Translations under genes and position numbers: made by a program
Assembly: GCA_902805845.1 (NCBI GenBank)
Contig: CADCUI010000001.1
Location: 140,592 to 204,591, forward strand
DNA: 64,000 nt
Direction of reading: 5' to 3'
Origin: an uncultured Nocardioidaceae bacterium
Lineage (GTDB): Bacteria; Actinomycetota; Actinomycetes; Propionibacteriales; Nocardioidaceae
The notes under the pieces: generated by a model
Seen by the model: the letters and a program-made list of their open reading frames with translations, nothing else
Database searches by the model: none
Told to the model about the DNA's origin: nothing
Shown: in pieces, positions 1 to 8,643 of the stretch
Layout: each line of letters begins with the position of its first letter
How positions within the stretch are numbered: position 1 is the first letter of the stretch

Positions 1-616
1 CGGCAAGGAGCTCGACCGCCGGGTGGCGGAGGTCCTGGAGCTGATCGGGCTGGAGGAGCGCGCCAAGGACCTGACGAAGGAGTACTCCGGCGGCATGAAG
101 CGCCGCCTCAACATCGGCGTGGGTCTCCTGCACCGCCCTGCGCTTCTCATCCTGGACGAGCCGACGGTGGGTGTGGACCCGCAGTCACGCAACGCGATCC
201 TGGAGTCCGTGGAGGCCTTGGCTGCCGAGGGGGTGGCGGTCCTCTACACCACGCACTACATGGAAGAGGCGGAGCGGCTCTGCGACCGGATCGCCGTCGT
301 CGACGCCGGCCGACTGCAGGCGGAGGGCACGCGGGACGAGCTCGTCCGCCTCACCGGTGGGGTCGACCACGTCCGCCTCTCCGGCGCCGGCGACATCGGC
401 GCGGCGGCCGCTGCGCTGCGCTCGCTGCCGACGGTCGTCGAGGTCGCCGCGGACCGCTCCGCGCTCACCCTGACCGTGCGTGACGCCGCGCGCGCGGTGG
501 CCCACCTCGTGACGGCCGCGACCGCCGCCGGCATGTCTCTCGACGGGGTCGAGGTCAGTCGACCGGACCTGGAGTCGGTCTTCCTGCACCTGACAGGCAA
601 GGCGCTCCGGGACTGA
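1..616 (+). CDS. ABC transporter ATP-binding protein (5' end outside window)
   Basis: The frame is open from the window edge. Translation has the ABC signature YSGGMKRRL, Walker B LLILDEPTVGVD and H-loop TTHYMEEA. Two ABC-2 permease genes follow. Confidence 0.9.
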   Translation, partial: GKELDRRVAEVLELIGLEERAKDLTKEYSGGMKRRLNIGVGLLHRPALLILDEPTVGVDPQSRNAILESVEALAAEGVAVLYTTHYMEEAERLCDRIAVVDAGRLQAEGTRDELVRLTGGVDHVRLSGAGDIGAAAAALRSLPTVVEVAADRSALTLTVRDAARAVAHLVTAATAAGMSLDGVEVSRPDLESVFLHLTGKALRD

Positions 617-618
617 CC

Positions 619-1782
619 GTGCGTCAGCTGCTCGTGATGACCGCCGCCGACCTGCGGCAGCGGCTGCGGGACCGGACCGTGCTGATCTTCGGGCTGCTGG
701 TGCCGCTGGGGCTCATGCTCGTCTTCAACCTGGTCTTCGGTGGCTCCGACGACGTGGAGCTGAGGCCGGTGGTCGTCGCGGTCAGCGCGCCGGCCGGCGA
801 CGCGTTCGCCGCTGTGGTGCTCGACGCGGTGGAGTCGGTGGACGCCGTCGACGTGACCGTGACCCGGGGCGATCCCGTCGAGGTCGCCGCGCGGACGCGA
901 TCGGGCGACGCCGACCTCGGGGTCGCCGTGCCGCAAGGGTTCACGGCCGCGCTCCAGGCGGGAGGGTCGACGGAGGTCGACATCACCGAAGGTGGCGAGG
1001 CCGGGCTCGAGACCGACATCGTGGTCTCGGTGGTGGACGGGGTCGTCGCCCGGCTGCACGCGGCGTCGGTGGCGGCACGTGCGGGTGCCGTCGCAGGGCT
1101 GCCGGCCGACCGCCTGGAGGGGCTTGCCGCCCGGGCCGCGGAGGGACCCGACATCACGCTCGTCCCCGGCGCGGCCGCCGACGAGCAGCTGTCGCCGGCA
1201 GGAGCAGTGGTCGCCGGTCAGGCGGGGCTCTTCTTGCTGTTCACCGTCGGCTTCGGGGTGCTGGGCCTGCTGGCCGAGCGGGAGCAGGGCACCCTCGACC
1301 GGCTCCGGTCCATGCCCATCCGGCCCGGCCTCGTCGTCGCCGCCAAGGCGCTCGCCGGCTTCGTCCTCGGTGTCCTTGCGACCGCGGTGCTCCTCGTCGC
1401 CGGCGCGCTGCTGTTCGACGTCGGGTTCGGCTCACCGGCCGGCGTGGCGGTCCTCGTGGTCGTCGCCGTCGCGGCGGCCACGTCCCTGACCTTCGTCGTC
1501 GTCCGCGTCGCGCGTACGGCGGAGCAGGCCAACGTCGCCCAGTCGATCCTCGCGCTGGTGCTGGGCGTGGCCGGTGGCGCCTTCTTCCCTCTCAGCGCCA
1601 CCGGGCCGGTGGGCGTGCTGCTCGACCTCAATCCCGTCGCCGCGCTGATCCGAGGGCTCGGCATCACCGCGGGCGGAGGGGGGCTCACCGACCTCGCCGG
1701 GCCGGTGACGACCCTCCTCGGGTTCGCGCTGGTCGCGACCCTGCTGTCGGGGCTGGTCCCGGACCGGGGCGCCGCCAGGTGA
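619..1782 (+). CDS. ABC-2 type transporter permease
   Basis: 387-aa ORF with a GTG start 3 nt after the ATPase stop. It has an N-terminal TM helix, a large extracytoplasmic loop and a C-terminal multi-TM bundle, which is typical of ABC-2 permeases. Confidence 0.8.
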   Translation: MRQLLVMTAADLRQRLRDRTVLIFGLLVPLGLMLVFNLVFGGSDDVELRPVVVAVSAPAGDAFAAVVLDAVESVDAVDVTVTRGDPVEVAARTRSGDADLGVAVPQGFTAALQAGGSTEVDITEGGEAGLETDIVVSVVDGVVARLHAASVAARAGAVAGLPADRLEGLAARAAEGPDITLVPGAAADEQLSPAGAVVAGQAGLFLLFTVGFGVLGLLAEREQGTLDRLRSMPIRPGLVVAAKALAGFVLGVLATAVLLVAGALLFDVGFGSPAGVAVLVVVAVAAATSLTFVVVRVARTAEQANVAQSILALVLGVAGGAFFPLSATGPVGVLLDLNPVAALIRGLGITAGGGGLTDLAGPVTTLLGFALVATLLSGLVPDRGAAR

Positions 1783-2942
1783 GGGCGGTCGTGGCCATCG
1801 CCGGCGTCGAGCTGCGCCGGTTCCTGAAGGACCGCTCGAACATCTTCTTCGTCTTCGTCTTCCCGCTGCTCCTCGTCGTGCTGCTGGGCAGCCAGTTCGG
1901 CGGTGAGGGACCGACCGGGAGGGCAGCCGTGGCGGGGCCGCCGAGCGAGCTCCGCTCCGACGTCGTGCACCGGCTCGAGGAGGCCGGGGTCGAGGTCACG
2001 CTCTCCGAGGCCGACGCCGTACGCCAGCAGATCGCCCGGGGTCGCACCGACGTGGGCCTCTTCCTGACTGCCGCCGACGGCACCAGTCTCGCGGCCGGCA
2101 GGGACGTGACGGTGGACCTCGTCGTCGGGTCGCAGGCCGGCTCCCGGCTGACGGTCCAGCACGTCCGCACGGCCATGGACGGCGTCGCCGACCAGGCCGG
2201 GCAGGTCGCGGCTCTCACCGGGGCGGGGATCGACGCAGCCACAGCCGAACGAGCACTGAGGACGGCCGCGGCCGACGCCTCGCGTCCGCGCGTGACGGTC
2301 ACCGACGCCGACGGGGAGGCGCAGCAGTTCGCGGGGCTGGGTCGGTTCGACCTCAGTGCGGCGACGCAGCTCCTGCTGTTCGTCTTCCTCATCTCGGTCG
2401 CCGGCTCCGCGACCCTCATCCAGGCGCGGCGGTACGGCGTGATGGCCCGCGTGCTGGCGGCACCGGTGTCGACCCGGCAGGCGATCTCGGGCGAGGCTCT
2501 CGGCCGGTTCTCGATCGCGATGGTCCAGGGCGTCTACATCATGGCCGGGACCGCGCTCCTCTTCGGCGTCGAGTGGGACAGCTGGCCGCTGTCCCTTCTC
2601 GTGCTCGCAGCGTTCGGCGCCGTGGCGGCGGCTGCGGCGATGGTCGTCGGCTCGGTCATGGACAACGACGCGGCAGCCAACGGCGTGGGAGTGGGAGCCG
2701 GTCTGGTGCTCGGCGCCCTGGGCGGGTGCATGACGCCCTTGGAGCTCTTCCCCGACACCCTGCGGACAGTCGCGCACCTCACCCCCCACGCCTGGGCCTA
2801 CGAGGCGTTCGCCGAGATCCAGCGGCACGAGGCCGGCCTGCTGGACGTCGCACCCCAGCTGGGGGTCCTGGCGGCCATGGCCACCGCGCTGCTGGTGCTC
2901 GGCGGCTGGCTGCTGGAGCGCAGCCTCGACCGGGCCCTGTGA
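1779..2942 (+). CDS. ABC-2 type transporter permease (paralog of previous gene)
   Basis: 387-aa ORF with a GTGA start/stop overlap with the upstream permease. It has the same length and architecture. Confidence 0.8.
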   Translation: MRAVVAIAGVELRRFLKDRSNIFFVFVFPLLLVVLLGSQFGGEGPTGRAAVAGPPSELRSDVVHRLEEAGVEVTLSEADAVRQQIARGRTDVGLFLTAADGTSLAAGRDVTVDLVVGSQAGSRLTVQHVRTAMDGVADQAGQVAALTGAGIDAATAERALRTAAADASRPRVTVTDADGEAQQFAGLGRFDLSAATQLLLFVFLISVAGSATLIQARRYGVMARVLAAPVSTRQAISGEALGRFSIAMVQGVYIMAGTALLFGVEWDSWPLSLLVLAAFGAVAAAAAMVVGSVMDNDAAANGVGVGAGLVLGALGGCMTPLELFPDTLRTVAHLTPHAWAYEAFAEIQRHEAGLLDVAPQLGVLAAMATALLVLGGWLLERSLDRAL

Positions 2943-2961
2943 ACCGCAGGGACAGCCGACG

Positions 2962-4074
2962 GTGCAGGCTCCTCCCATGAAGTCTTCGGCCTCCCGCAGG
3001 ACAGGGTTCGTCTGCGACGACAGCTACTTCGACCACCGGACCGACGAGGGGCTCGGGCCCTGGGTGGCGCCGGGGCCGGCGTTCGAGACACCGGAGGGGA
3101 AGAAGCGGATCCGCGACCTCGTGGTGGCCAGCGGCCTGGTGGCCGAGCTGGTCACGGTCCCGCCGTCGCCGTTGTCCCGGGACGACACACTGCGGTTCCA
3201 CACCGTTGCGTACCTCGACTCGATCGAGCGGATGTCGGCGGGAGAGGGCGGTGACGCCGGCGAGGTCACCTGGTTCGGGCCCGGTTCCTACGAGATCGCG
3301 CTGCTGTCCGCCGGCGGCACCTACGCGGCCGTTCGCGCGGTCGTCGACGGGGAGGTGGACAACGCCTACGCGCTCGTGCGGCCACCCGGCCACCATGCCG
3401 AGCGCGACCTCGGTCGCGGCTACTGCATGCTCGCCAACATCGCGCTGGCGATCCTCAAGGCCCGGGCAGAGCTGGGGGTGGGCCGGGTGGCGGTCGTGGA
3501 CTGGGACGTCCACCACGGCAACGGCACCGAGCAGGCCTTCTACGACGACCCGGAGACGTTGACGATCTCGCTGCACCAGGACCGGCTCTACCCGCGCGAC
3601 ACCGGCTTCGTCGAGCACCAGGGCGAGGGACCCGGCCGGATGGCGAACGTCAACCTGCCGCTGCCGGCGGGTTCGAGCCGCGGTGCTTACCTGGATGCGT
3701 TCGACAGGGTCGTGGAGCCGCTCGTGCGCCGGTTCCGGCCGGAGCTCATCGTGGTGGCCTGCGGCTTCGACGCGGGGTCGCTGGACCCGTTGGGACGGAT
3801 GATGCTCTCGGCCGGGGACTTCGGCGAGCTGACCCGGAGGGTGCGGGTGCTGGCCGAGGAGCTGTGCGGCGGTCGGCTGGTGCTCTCCCACGAGGGTGGC
3901 TACTCCGAGCTGCACGTGCCGTTCTGCGGGACGAGGGTGCTGGAGGAGCTGTCGGGCGCCTCGACCGGCATCGACGACCCGTTCGCGTGGGTGGAGGACC
4001 ACGGCGGGCAGGAGCTCCAGCCGCACCAGGCGGCGGCGGTGCAGGCCGTCGTCGACGCCCACCGGATCGGGTGA
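2962..4074 (+). CDS. Histone deacetylase-family amidohydrolase (class II HDAC-like / acetylpolyamine-type)
   Basis: Motifs RPPGHHAE, VDWDVHHGNGTEQAFYDD and ACGFDA in the translation. The start is ambiguous: GTG 2962 or ATG 2977. Confidence 0.85.
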   Translation: MQAPPMKSSASRRTGFVCDDSYFDHRTDEGLGPWVAPGPAFETPEGKKRIRDLVVASGLVAELVTVPPSPLSRDDTLRFHTVAYLDSIERMSAGEGGDAGEVTWFGPGSYEIALLSAGGTYAAVRAVVDGEVDNAYALVRPPGHHAERDLGRGYCMLANIALAILKARAELGVGRVAVVDWDVHHGNGTEQAFYDDPETLTISLHQDRLYPRDTGFVEHQGEGPGRMANVNLPLPAGSSRGAYLDAFDRVVEPLVRRFRPELIVVACGFDAGSLDPLGRMMLSAGDFGELTRRVRVLAEELCGGRLVLSHEGGYSELHVPFCGTRVLEELSGASTGIDDPFAWVEDHGGQELQPHQAAAVQAVVDAHRIG

Positions 4075-4159
4075 TCGGCACCCCCGCCTCATGTGGTGCA
4101 GATCTGCTCCTGGCGGCCGGTCCGGGGACGGTTCTGCACCAGATGAGCGCCCGGGACGG

Positions 4160-4450
4160 TCAGGGCTGCGCCGTGGACAGCAGCTCGGCGCCCAGCCACT
4201 CCTCGACCGTCACCCAGCGACCCGGCCGGAGCTCGGCGGCGTACGACACCCGCCCCTCCCATCGGCCGTCCGACGTCCTGCGCCACTCGAGCAGCAGCCC
4301 CGGCCGGGCGGCGGCCCCGTCGACGGGCGCCTTCACCCAGCAGTGCTTGACCGGGCACGGGGCGGTGACCGGCGGGGTCGGCTGCTCCTGCGCGCCCCGG
4401 CTGCGGGCGTGCAGCGGGAGCCCCTTGCCGCCGAACCCGCCTGCCATCAA
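4160..4450 (-). CDS. Small hypothetical protein
   Basis: 96-aa ORF in an otherwise unassigned gap, divergent from the VOC gene across an AT-richer patch (4446-4470). I recognise no family. Confidence 0.4.
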   Translation of the reverse strand: MMAGGFGGKGLPLHARSRGAQEQPTPPVTAPCPVKHCWVKAPVDGAAARPGLLLEWRRTSDGRWEGRVSYAAELRPGRWVTVEEWLGAELLSTAQP

Positions 4451-4478
4451 TCAAACATACGTGCGAACAGCCCTGCCC

Positions 4479-4544
4479 CGCGATCCGCCCTCGATGTCCG
4501 GCCGATCCGCCCGCGATGTCCGGCCGACTCGCCCCTCGTGCAGG
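4479..4544 (+). repeat. Family A 22-nt repeat, 3 tandem units, forward orientation
   Basis: Units are cgcgatccgccctcgatgtccg, gccgatccgcccgcgatgtccg and gccgactcgcccctcgtgcagg. The array ends 27 nt before the VOC start codon. Confidence 0.85.
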
Positions 4545-4571
4545 TGCCGACTGTCGGAGCGGTGAACGACA

Positions 4572-5267
4572 ATGACCGGCATGGTGCTCGCGACGTACAA
4601 GGACCTCTGCATCGACGCCGTCGACCCGGAGCGGATGGGGCGCTTCTGGGCCGAGGCGCTCGAGCTGGACCTCGAGCTGCTCGACGACGGCGACGCCAAG
4701 CTGACGGGCCCGACGCCCCAGCACACCGTGTGGGTCAACGGCGTCCCGGAGCCGTTGACCGTCAAGCAGCGGGTCCACCTCGACGTCTGGGCCGACGCGT
4801 ACGACGACGTGGAGGCGCTGGGAGCCACCATGGTCGACGCGGAGAGCTTCACGTGGGCGGTGCTGCGTGATCCGGAGGGCGGCGAGCTCTGCGTCTTCCG
4901 CACCCGCCCGGAGGGACGCCCGGGGCTGATGGAGGTCGTCCTCGACACCCGCGACGTCGAGAGCGCGAAGGCGATCTCGGTCTGGTGGGCGGACGTGCTC
5001 GGAGGCAAAGCCATGGACGCCGTCGAGGACGGGTTCTCCTACGTCGAGCAGGTGCCGGAGGCGCCCTTCGAGAGCCTGGTCTTCGTGCCGGTCCCGGAGC
5101 CCAAGACGGTCAAGAACCGCATCCACATCGACGTGAGCACCCCCGACCTGGATGCGCTGCTGACCAGGGGCGCCTCGGTGGTGAGGCCGCAGGACGACGA
5201 GATCGGCTGGACCGTCATGGCCGACCCCGACGGCAACGAGTTCTGCGCCTTCGTGCCGGCCCGCTGA
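4572..5267 (+). CDS. VOC (glyoxalase/bleomycin-resistance/dioxygenase) family protein, two-domain
   Basis: 231-aa ORF with two similar halves (...RVHLDVW... and ...RIHIDVS...), typical of glyoxalase-like domain proteins. Confidence 0.75.
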   Translation: MTGMVLATYKDLCIDAVDPERMGRFWAEALELDLELLDDGDAKLTGPTPQHTVWVNGVPEPLTVKQRVHLDVWADAYDDVEALGATMVDAESFTWAVLRDPEGGELCVFRTRPEGRPGLMEVVLDTRDVESAKAISVWWADVLGGKAMDAVEDGFSYVEQVPEAPFESLVFVPVPEPKTVKNRIHIDVSTPDLDALLTRGASVVRPQDDEIGWTVMADPDGNEFCAFVPAR

Positions 5268-5277
5268 CACAGCCGAC

Positions 5278-8200
5278 GTGGCACTCCACCTGCATCGCGG
5301 ACCGCGCACCGACCTGCTGGCGGACGCTCTCGGCGACCTGCTGTCGACGCCGCTGGCGGACCCGTTCGCCGAGGAGGTCGTGGTCGTCCCCGCGAAGGGT
5401 GTCGAGCGCTGGCTGACCCAGCGGCTCTCGCACCGGCTGGGCGTCGGCCCCCGGGGCGGCGACGGCGTGTGTGCCGGGGTCCGGTTCCTCAACCCGCGGT
5501 CCCTCGTGGCGCTGCTCACCGGCACCCTCGACGACGACCCCTGGGACCCCGACCAGTTCGTGTGGCCGCTGCTGGAGACCATCGACGCCTCCCTCGACGA
5601 GCCGTGGTGCCGGCCCCTGGCTCACCACCTCGGGCACGACACGCCGGGCGAGGGCGGCGAGCTGCGCCGGGACCGGCGCTACTCGGTGGCCCGGCGGCTC
5701 GCCGGCCTGTTTGCGTCGTACGCCGCTCAGCGCCCGCAGCTGCTGGTCGACTGGCGGGAGGAGCGGGACACCGACGGCGCAGGGGCGCCACTTCCGCAGG
5801 ACCTTGCCTGGCAGCCTCCCCTGTGGAGGGGGCTGATCGAGCGGGTCGACGCACCTGCTCCCGATGTCCGGCACCGGGACACCCTGGCGGCGATCAGGGG
5901 CGGTGCCGAGCTCGCGCTGCCGGACCGGCTGTCCATGTTCGGGCACACCCGCATGTCGGTCACCGAGCTGGAGCTGCTTCGGGCCGTCGGGGAGGTGCGC
6001 GACGTGCACCTGTGGCTACCGCAGGCCTCGCCGGGCGGATGGAGCCGGCTGGCCGACGGGACCTCGACGGGGCCGGTCCGGCGAGCCGACGACGCCAGCG
6101 GCCGGCTGCTGTCCCACCGGCTCCTGGCGTCGCTGGGCCGGGACTCGAGGGAGCTGCAACGCTCACTGGCGCTCCTCGGCGAGCTGACCGACACCGAGGT
6201 CCCGGACCCCGCCGAGCCCAACGACACCCTGCTGGGCTGGCTCCAGCAGGACCTGCGTCTGGACGCGGTGCCGTCCCGGCGCCGACTGCGCCCCTCGGAC
6301 CGGTCGGTCCAGGTGCACGCCTGTCACGGCCCGGCCCGCCAGGTCGAGGTGCTGCGCGAGGTGCTGGTCGGCCTGCTGCAGGACGACCCGACGCTGGAGC
6401 CCCGCGACGTCCTGGTGATGTGCCCCGACATCGAGGCCTACGCACCCCTGTTCTCGGCGACCTTCGGCCTCGCCGACGTCGTGGGCTCACAGGGACATCC
6501 TGGCCACCAGCTGCGGGTGCGGCTGGCCGACCGGGGACTCGCGAGCACCAACGGCCTGATGGCGCTGGCCGGCTCACTGGTGCACCTCGCCGGCGGCCGG
6601 GCCACGGCGAGCGAGGTGCTCGACCTGGCTGCCAGCGCCCCGGTCAGGCACCGGTTCGCCTTCGACGACGAGGACCTGGCCGAGCTCACGAGCTGGGTCG
6701 AGAGGTCGGGCACCCGGTGGGGGCTCTCGGCCGGGCTACGCGCGCCGTACGGGCTGCAGGAGTTCGCGGAGAACACCTGGGAGGCCGGACTCCACCGGGT
6801 GCTGCTGGGGGTCGCGATGGCCGAGGGGGACGGCTTCCTGGGGGGACAGGTGCCGCTGGACGACATCGGGAGCTCGAGCATCGACCTGGCGGGTCGCCTC
6901 GCCGAGCTCGTCGACCGGCTGGAGTCAGCGGTGGTGGCCCTGCGGTCGGCGACGACGCCGGTGACCTGGATGGCGGCCCTGCGGGACGGGGTGGCCTCGC
7001 TCGGCTCCGTGAGCTCGTACGACGCATGGCAGTCGGCTCAGCTCGACCGGGAGATCGAGTCGGTGCTCCGGGCCGCAGCGGTGGGGCCGAGGGCCGGGCG
7101 GGGAGCCGGGCCGGGGGGCGCGGGGCGCACCGGCACCGTGCTCCGGCTGGCCGACGTCCGCCGGCTGCTCGAGCAGCGTCTGCAGCCGCGACCGACCCGG
7201 GCGAACTTCCGTACCGGCCATCTCACTGTCTGCACCATGGTCCCGATGCGGTCGGTGCCGCACCGCGTGGTGTGCCTGGTCGGCCTCGACGACGGGGTCT
7301 TCCCCCGCTCGACGGTGGCCGACGGCGACGACGCCCTGCTCCGCGACCCGGTCACCGGGGAGCGCGATGCCCGGGGCGAGGACCGGCAGCTGCTCCTCGA
7401 CGCGATCCTGGCCGCGAGGGAGACCCTCGTGATGGCCTACACCGGCGCGAACGTCACCACCAACCAGCCGGTGCCACCCGCGGTCCCCCTCGACGAGCTC
7501 CTGGACGCGGTCGAGGCCACCGCCCCCGGCGCCCGTGAGGCAGTGCTGCAACGTCAGCCGCTGCAGCCCTTCGACCCTCGCAACTTCCAGGTGGGCGAGG
7601 GACGGCCGCCCTTCAGCTTCGACCGGGCGGCGGCGGGCGCGGCGCTCGCGCTCCAGCAGGTACGGCGCCCGGTGCGGCCCTTCCTCGCCACGCCGCTCCC
7701 CCGCCGGCCGGAGGCAGACGTGACCCTGGCCGCCCTGCAGTCCTTCTTCAAGAGCCCGGTGCGCGGCTTCCTCCGACAAGGGCTGGACGTCGCGGTCGGC
7801 GAGGAGCACGCCGAGGGCAAGGACTCCATGCCGGTGTCGCTCGACCACCTCGAGGAGTGGGAGCTGGGGGACCGGGTCCTCCGACGGATCCTCGACGGGG
7901 CGGACCCGGAGGAGGTGCTGCAGGCGGAGCTCCTGCGCGGCGACCTGCCGCCCCGGAGCCTCGGCGAGCAGGCGCTGCGCGGGGTGTGCGCCAAGGTGCA
8001 GGTGGTCCGGGACGCCGCAGCAGCCGACCGTGAGCCGGCCGTGACGGCACTCGACGTCACCCTCGACCTCGGCGGCGGCCGCCGCCTCACCGGGGTGGTG
8101 CCGGACGTGCGCGGGCAGCGGATCGTGCGGGTCAACTACTCCAAGCTGTCCGCCAAGCACCGGCTCGCCTCGTGGATCGACCTCCTGGCCCTGTCCGTGG

Positions 8201-8643
8201 CGTTTCCGGACCAGTCGTGGACGGCGGCGACGTACGGCTGGTTCAAGCAGTGGGGCAGAGAGGGCTGCGCCTGGTCGGTGCTGGGCCCCGTCGGCGACGG
8301 TGCGGCGGACCACCTCCGCGACCTCGTCGACGTCTACGACCGCGGGCTGCGCGAGCCGCTCCCGCTGTTCGCCAAGACGTCGTCGGCGTGGGCCACCGCG
8401 CTGCACAAGGGCAAGAACGCCGAGGACTCCGCCGGGAGCGCCTGGCGCGACCGTGACACCTATCCGGGGGAGCAGTCGGCGCCCGAGCACGTGCGCGTCT
8501 TCGGGCGGGGTTGCGAGCTCGAGCGGCTCCTGGGCGTCCCTCGACCCGACGAGCAGTGGTCGGAGGAGCCCACGCGCCTGGGCCGCTACGCGCGCCACGT
8601 GTGGGAGCCGCTGCTCCGGCACGAGAAGGGGAGGAACCTGTGA
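5278..8643 (+). CDS. recC: Exodeoxyribonuclease V gamma subunit RecC
   Basis: 1121 aa. The N-terminus (ALHLHRGPRTDLLADAL) and overall length are typical of RecC. It lies directly upstream of recB-recD with a start/stop overlap. Confidence 0.9.
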   Translation: MALHLHRGPRTDLLADALGDLLSTPLADPFAEEVVVVPAKGVERWLTQRLSHRLGVGPRGGDGVCAGVRFLNPRSLVALLTGTLDDDPWDPDQFVWPLLETIDASLDEPWCRPLAHHLGHDTPGEGGELRRDRRYSVARRLAGLFASYAAQRPQLLVDWREERDTDGAGAPLPQDLAWQPPLWRGLIERVDAPAPDVRHRDTLAAIRGGAELALPDRLSMFGHTRMSVTELELLRAVGEVRDVHLWLPQASPGGWSRLADGTSTGPVRRADDASGRLLSHRLLASLGRDSRELQRSLALLGELTDTEVPDPAEPNDTLLGWLQQDLRLDAVPSRRRLRPSDRSVQVHACHGPARQVEVLREVLVGLLQDDPTLEPRDVLVMCPDIEAYAPLFSATFGLADVVGSQGHPGHQLRVRLADRGLASTNGLMALAGSLVHLAGGRATASEVLDLAASAPVRHRFAFDDEDLAELTSWVERSGTRWGLSAGLRAPYGLQEFAENTWEAGLHRVLLGVAMAEGDGFLGGQVPLDDIGSSSIDLAGRLAELVDRLESAVVALRSATTPVTWMAALRDGVASLGSVSSYDAWQSAQLDREIESVLRAAAVGPRAGRGAGPGGAGRTGTVLRLADVRRLLEQRLQPRPTRANFRTGHLTVCTMVPMRSVPHRVVCLVGLDDGVFPRSTVADGDDALLRDPVTGERDARGEDRQLLLDAILAARETLVMAYTGANVTTNQPVPPAVPLDELLDAVEATAPGAREAVLQRQPLQPFDPRNFQVGEGRPPFSFDRAAAGAALALQQVRRPVRPFLATPLPRRPEADVTLAALQSFFKSPVRGFLRQGLDVAVGEEHAEGKDSMPVSLDHLEEWELGDRVLRRILDGADPEEVLQAELLRGDLPPRSLGEQALRGVCAKVQVVRDAAAADREPAVTALDVTLDLGGGRRLTGVVPDVRGQRIVRVNYSKLSAKHRLASWIDLLALSVAFPDQSWTAATYGWFKQWGREGCAWSVLGPVGDGAADHLRDLVDVYDRGLREPLPLFAKTSSAWATALHKGKNAEDSAGSAWRDRDTYPGEQSAPEHVRVFGRGCELERLLGVPRPDEQWSEEPTRLGRYARHVWEPLLRHEKGRNL

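Noticed and set aside
4080-4103. A possible additional degenerate Family A unit just after the HDAC-like gene stop (ccgcctcatgtggtgcaga).
   Set aside because: Only about 12 of 22 positions match, so it is too weak to call without a genome-wide profile.
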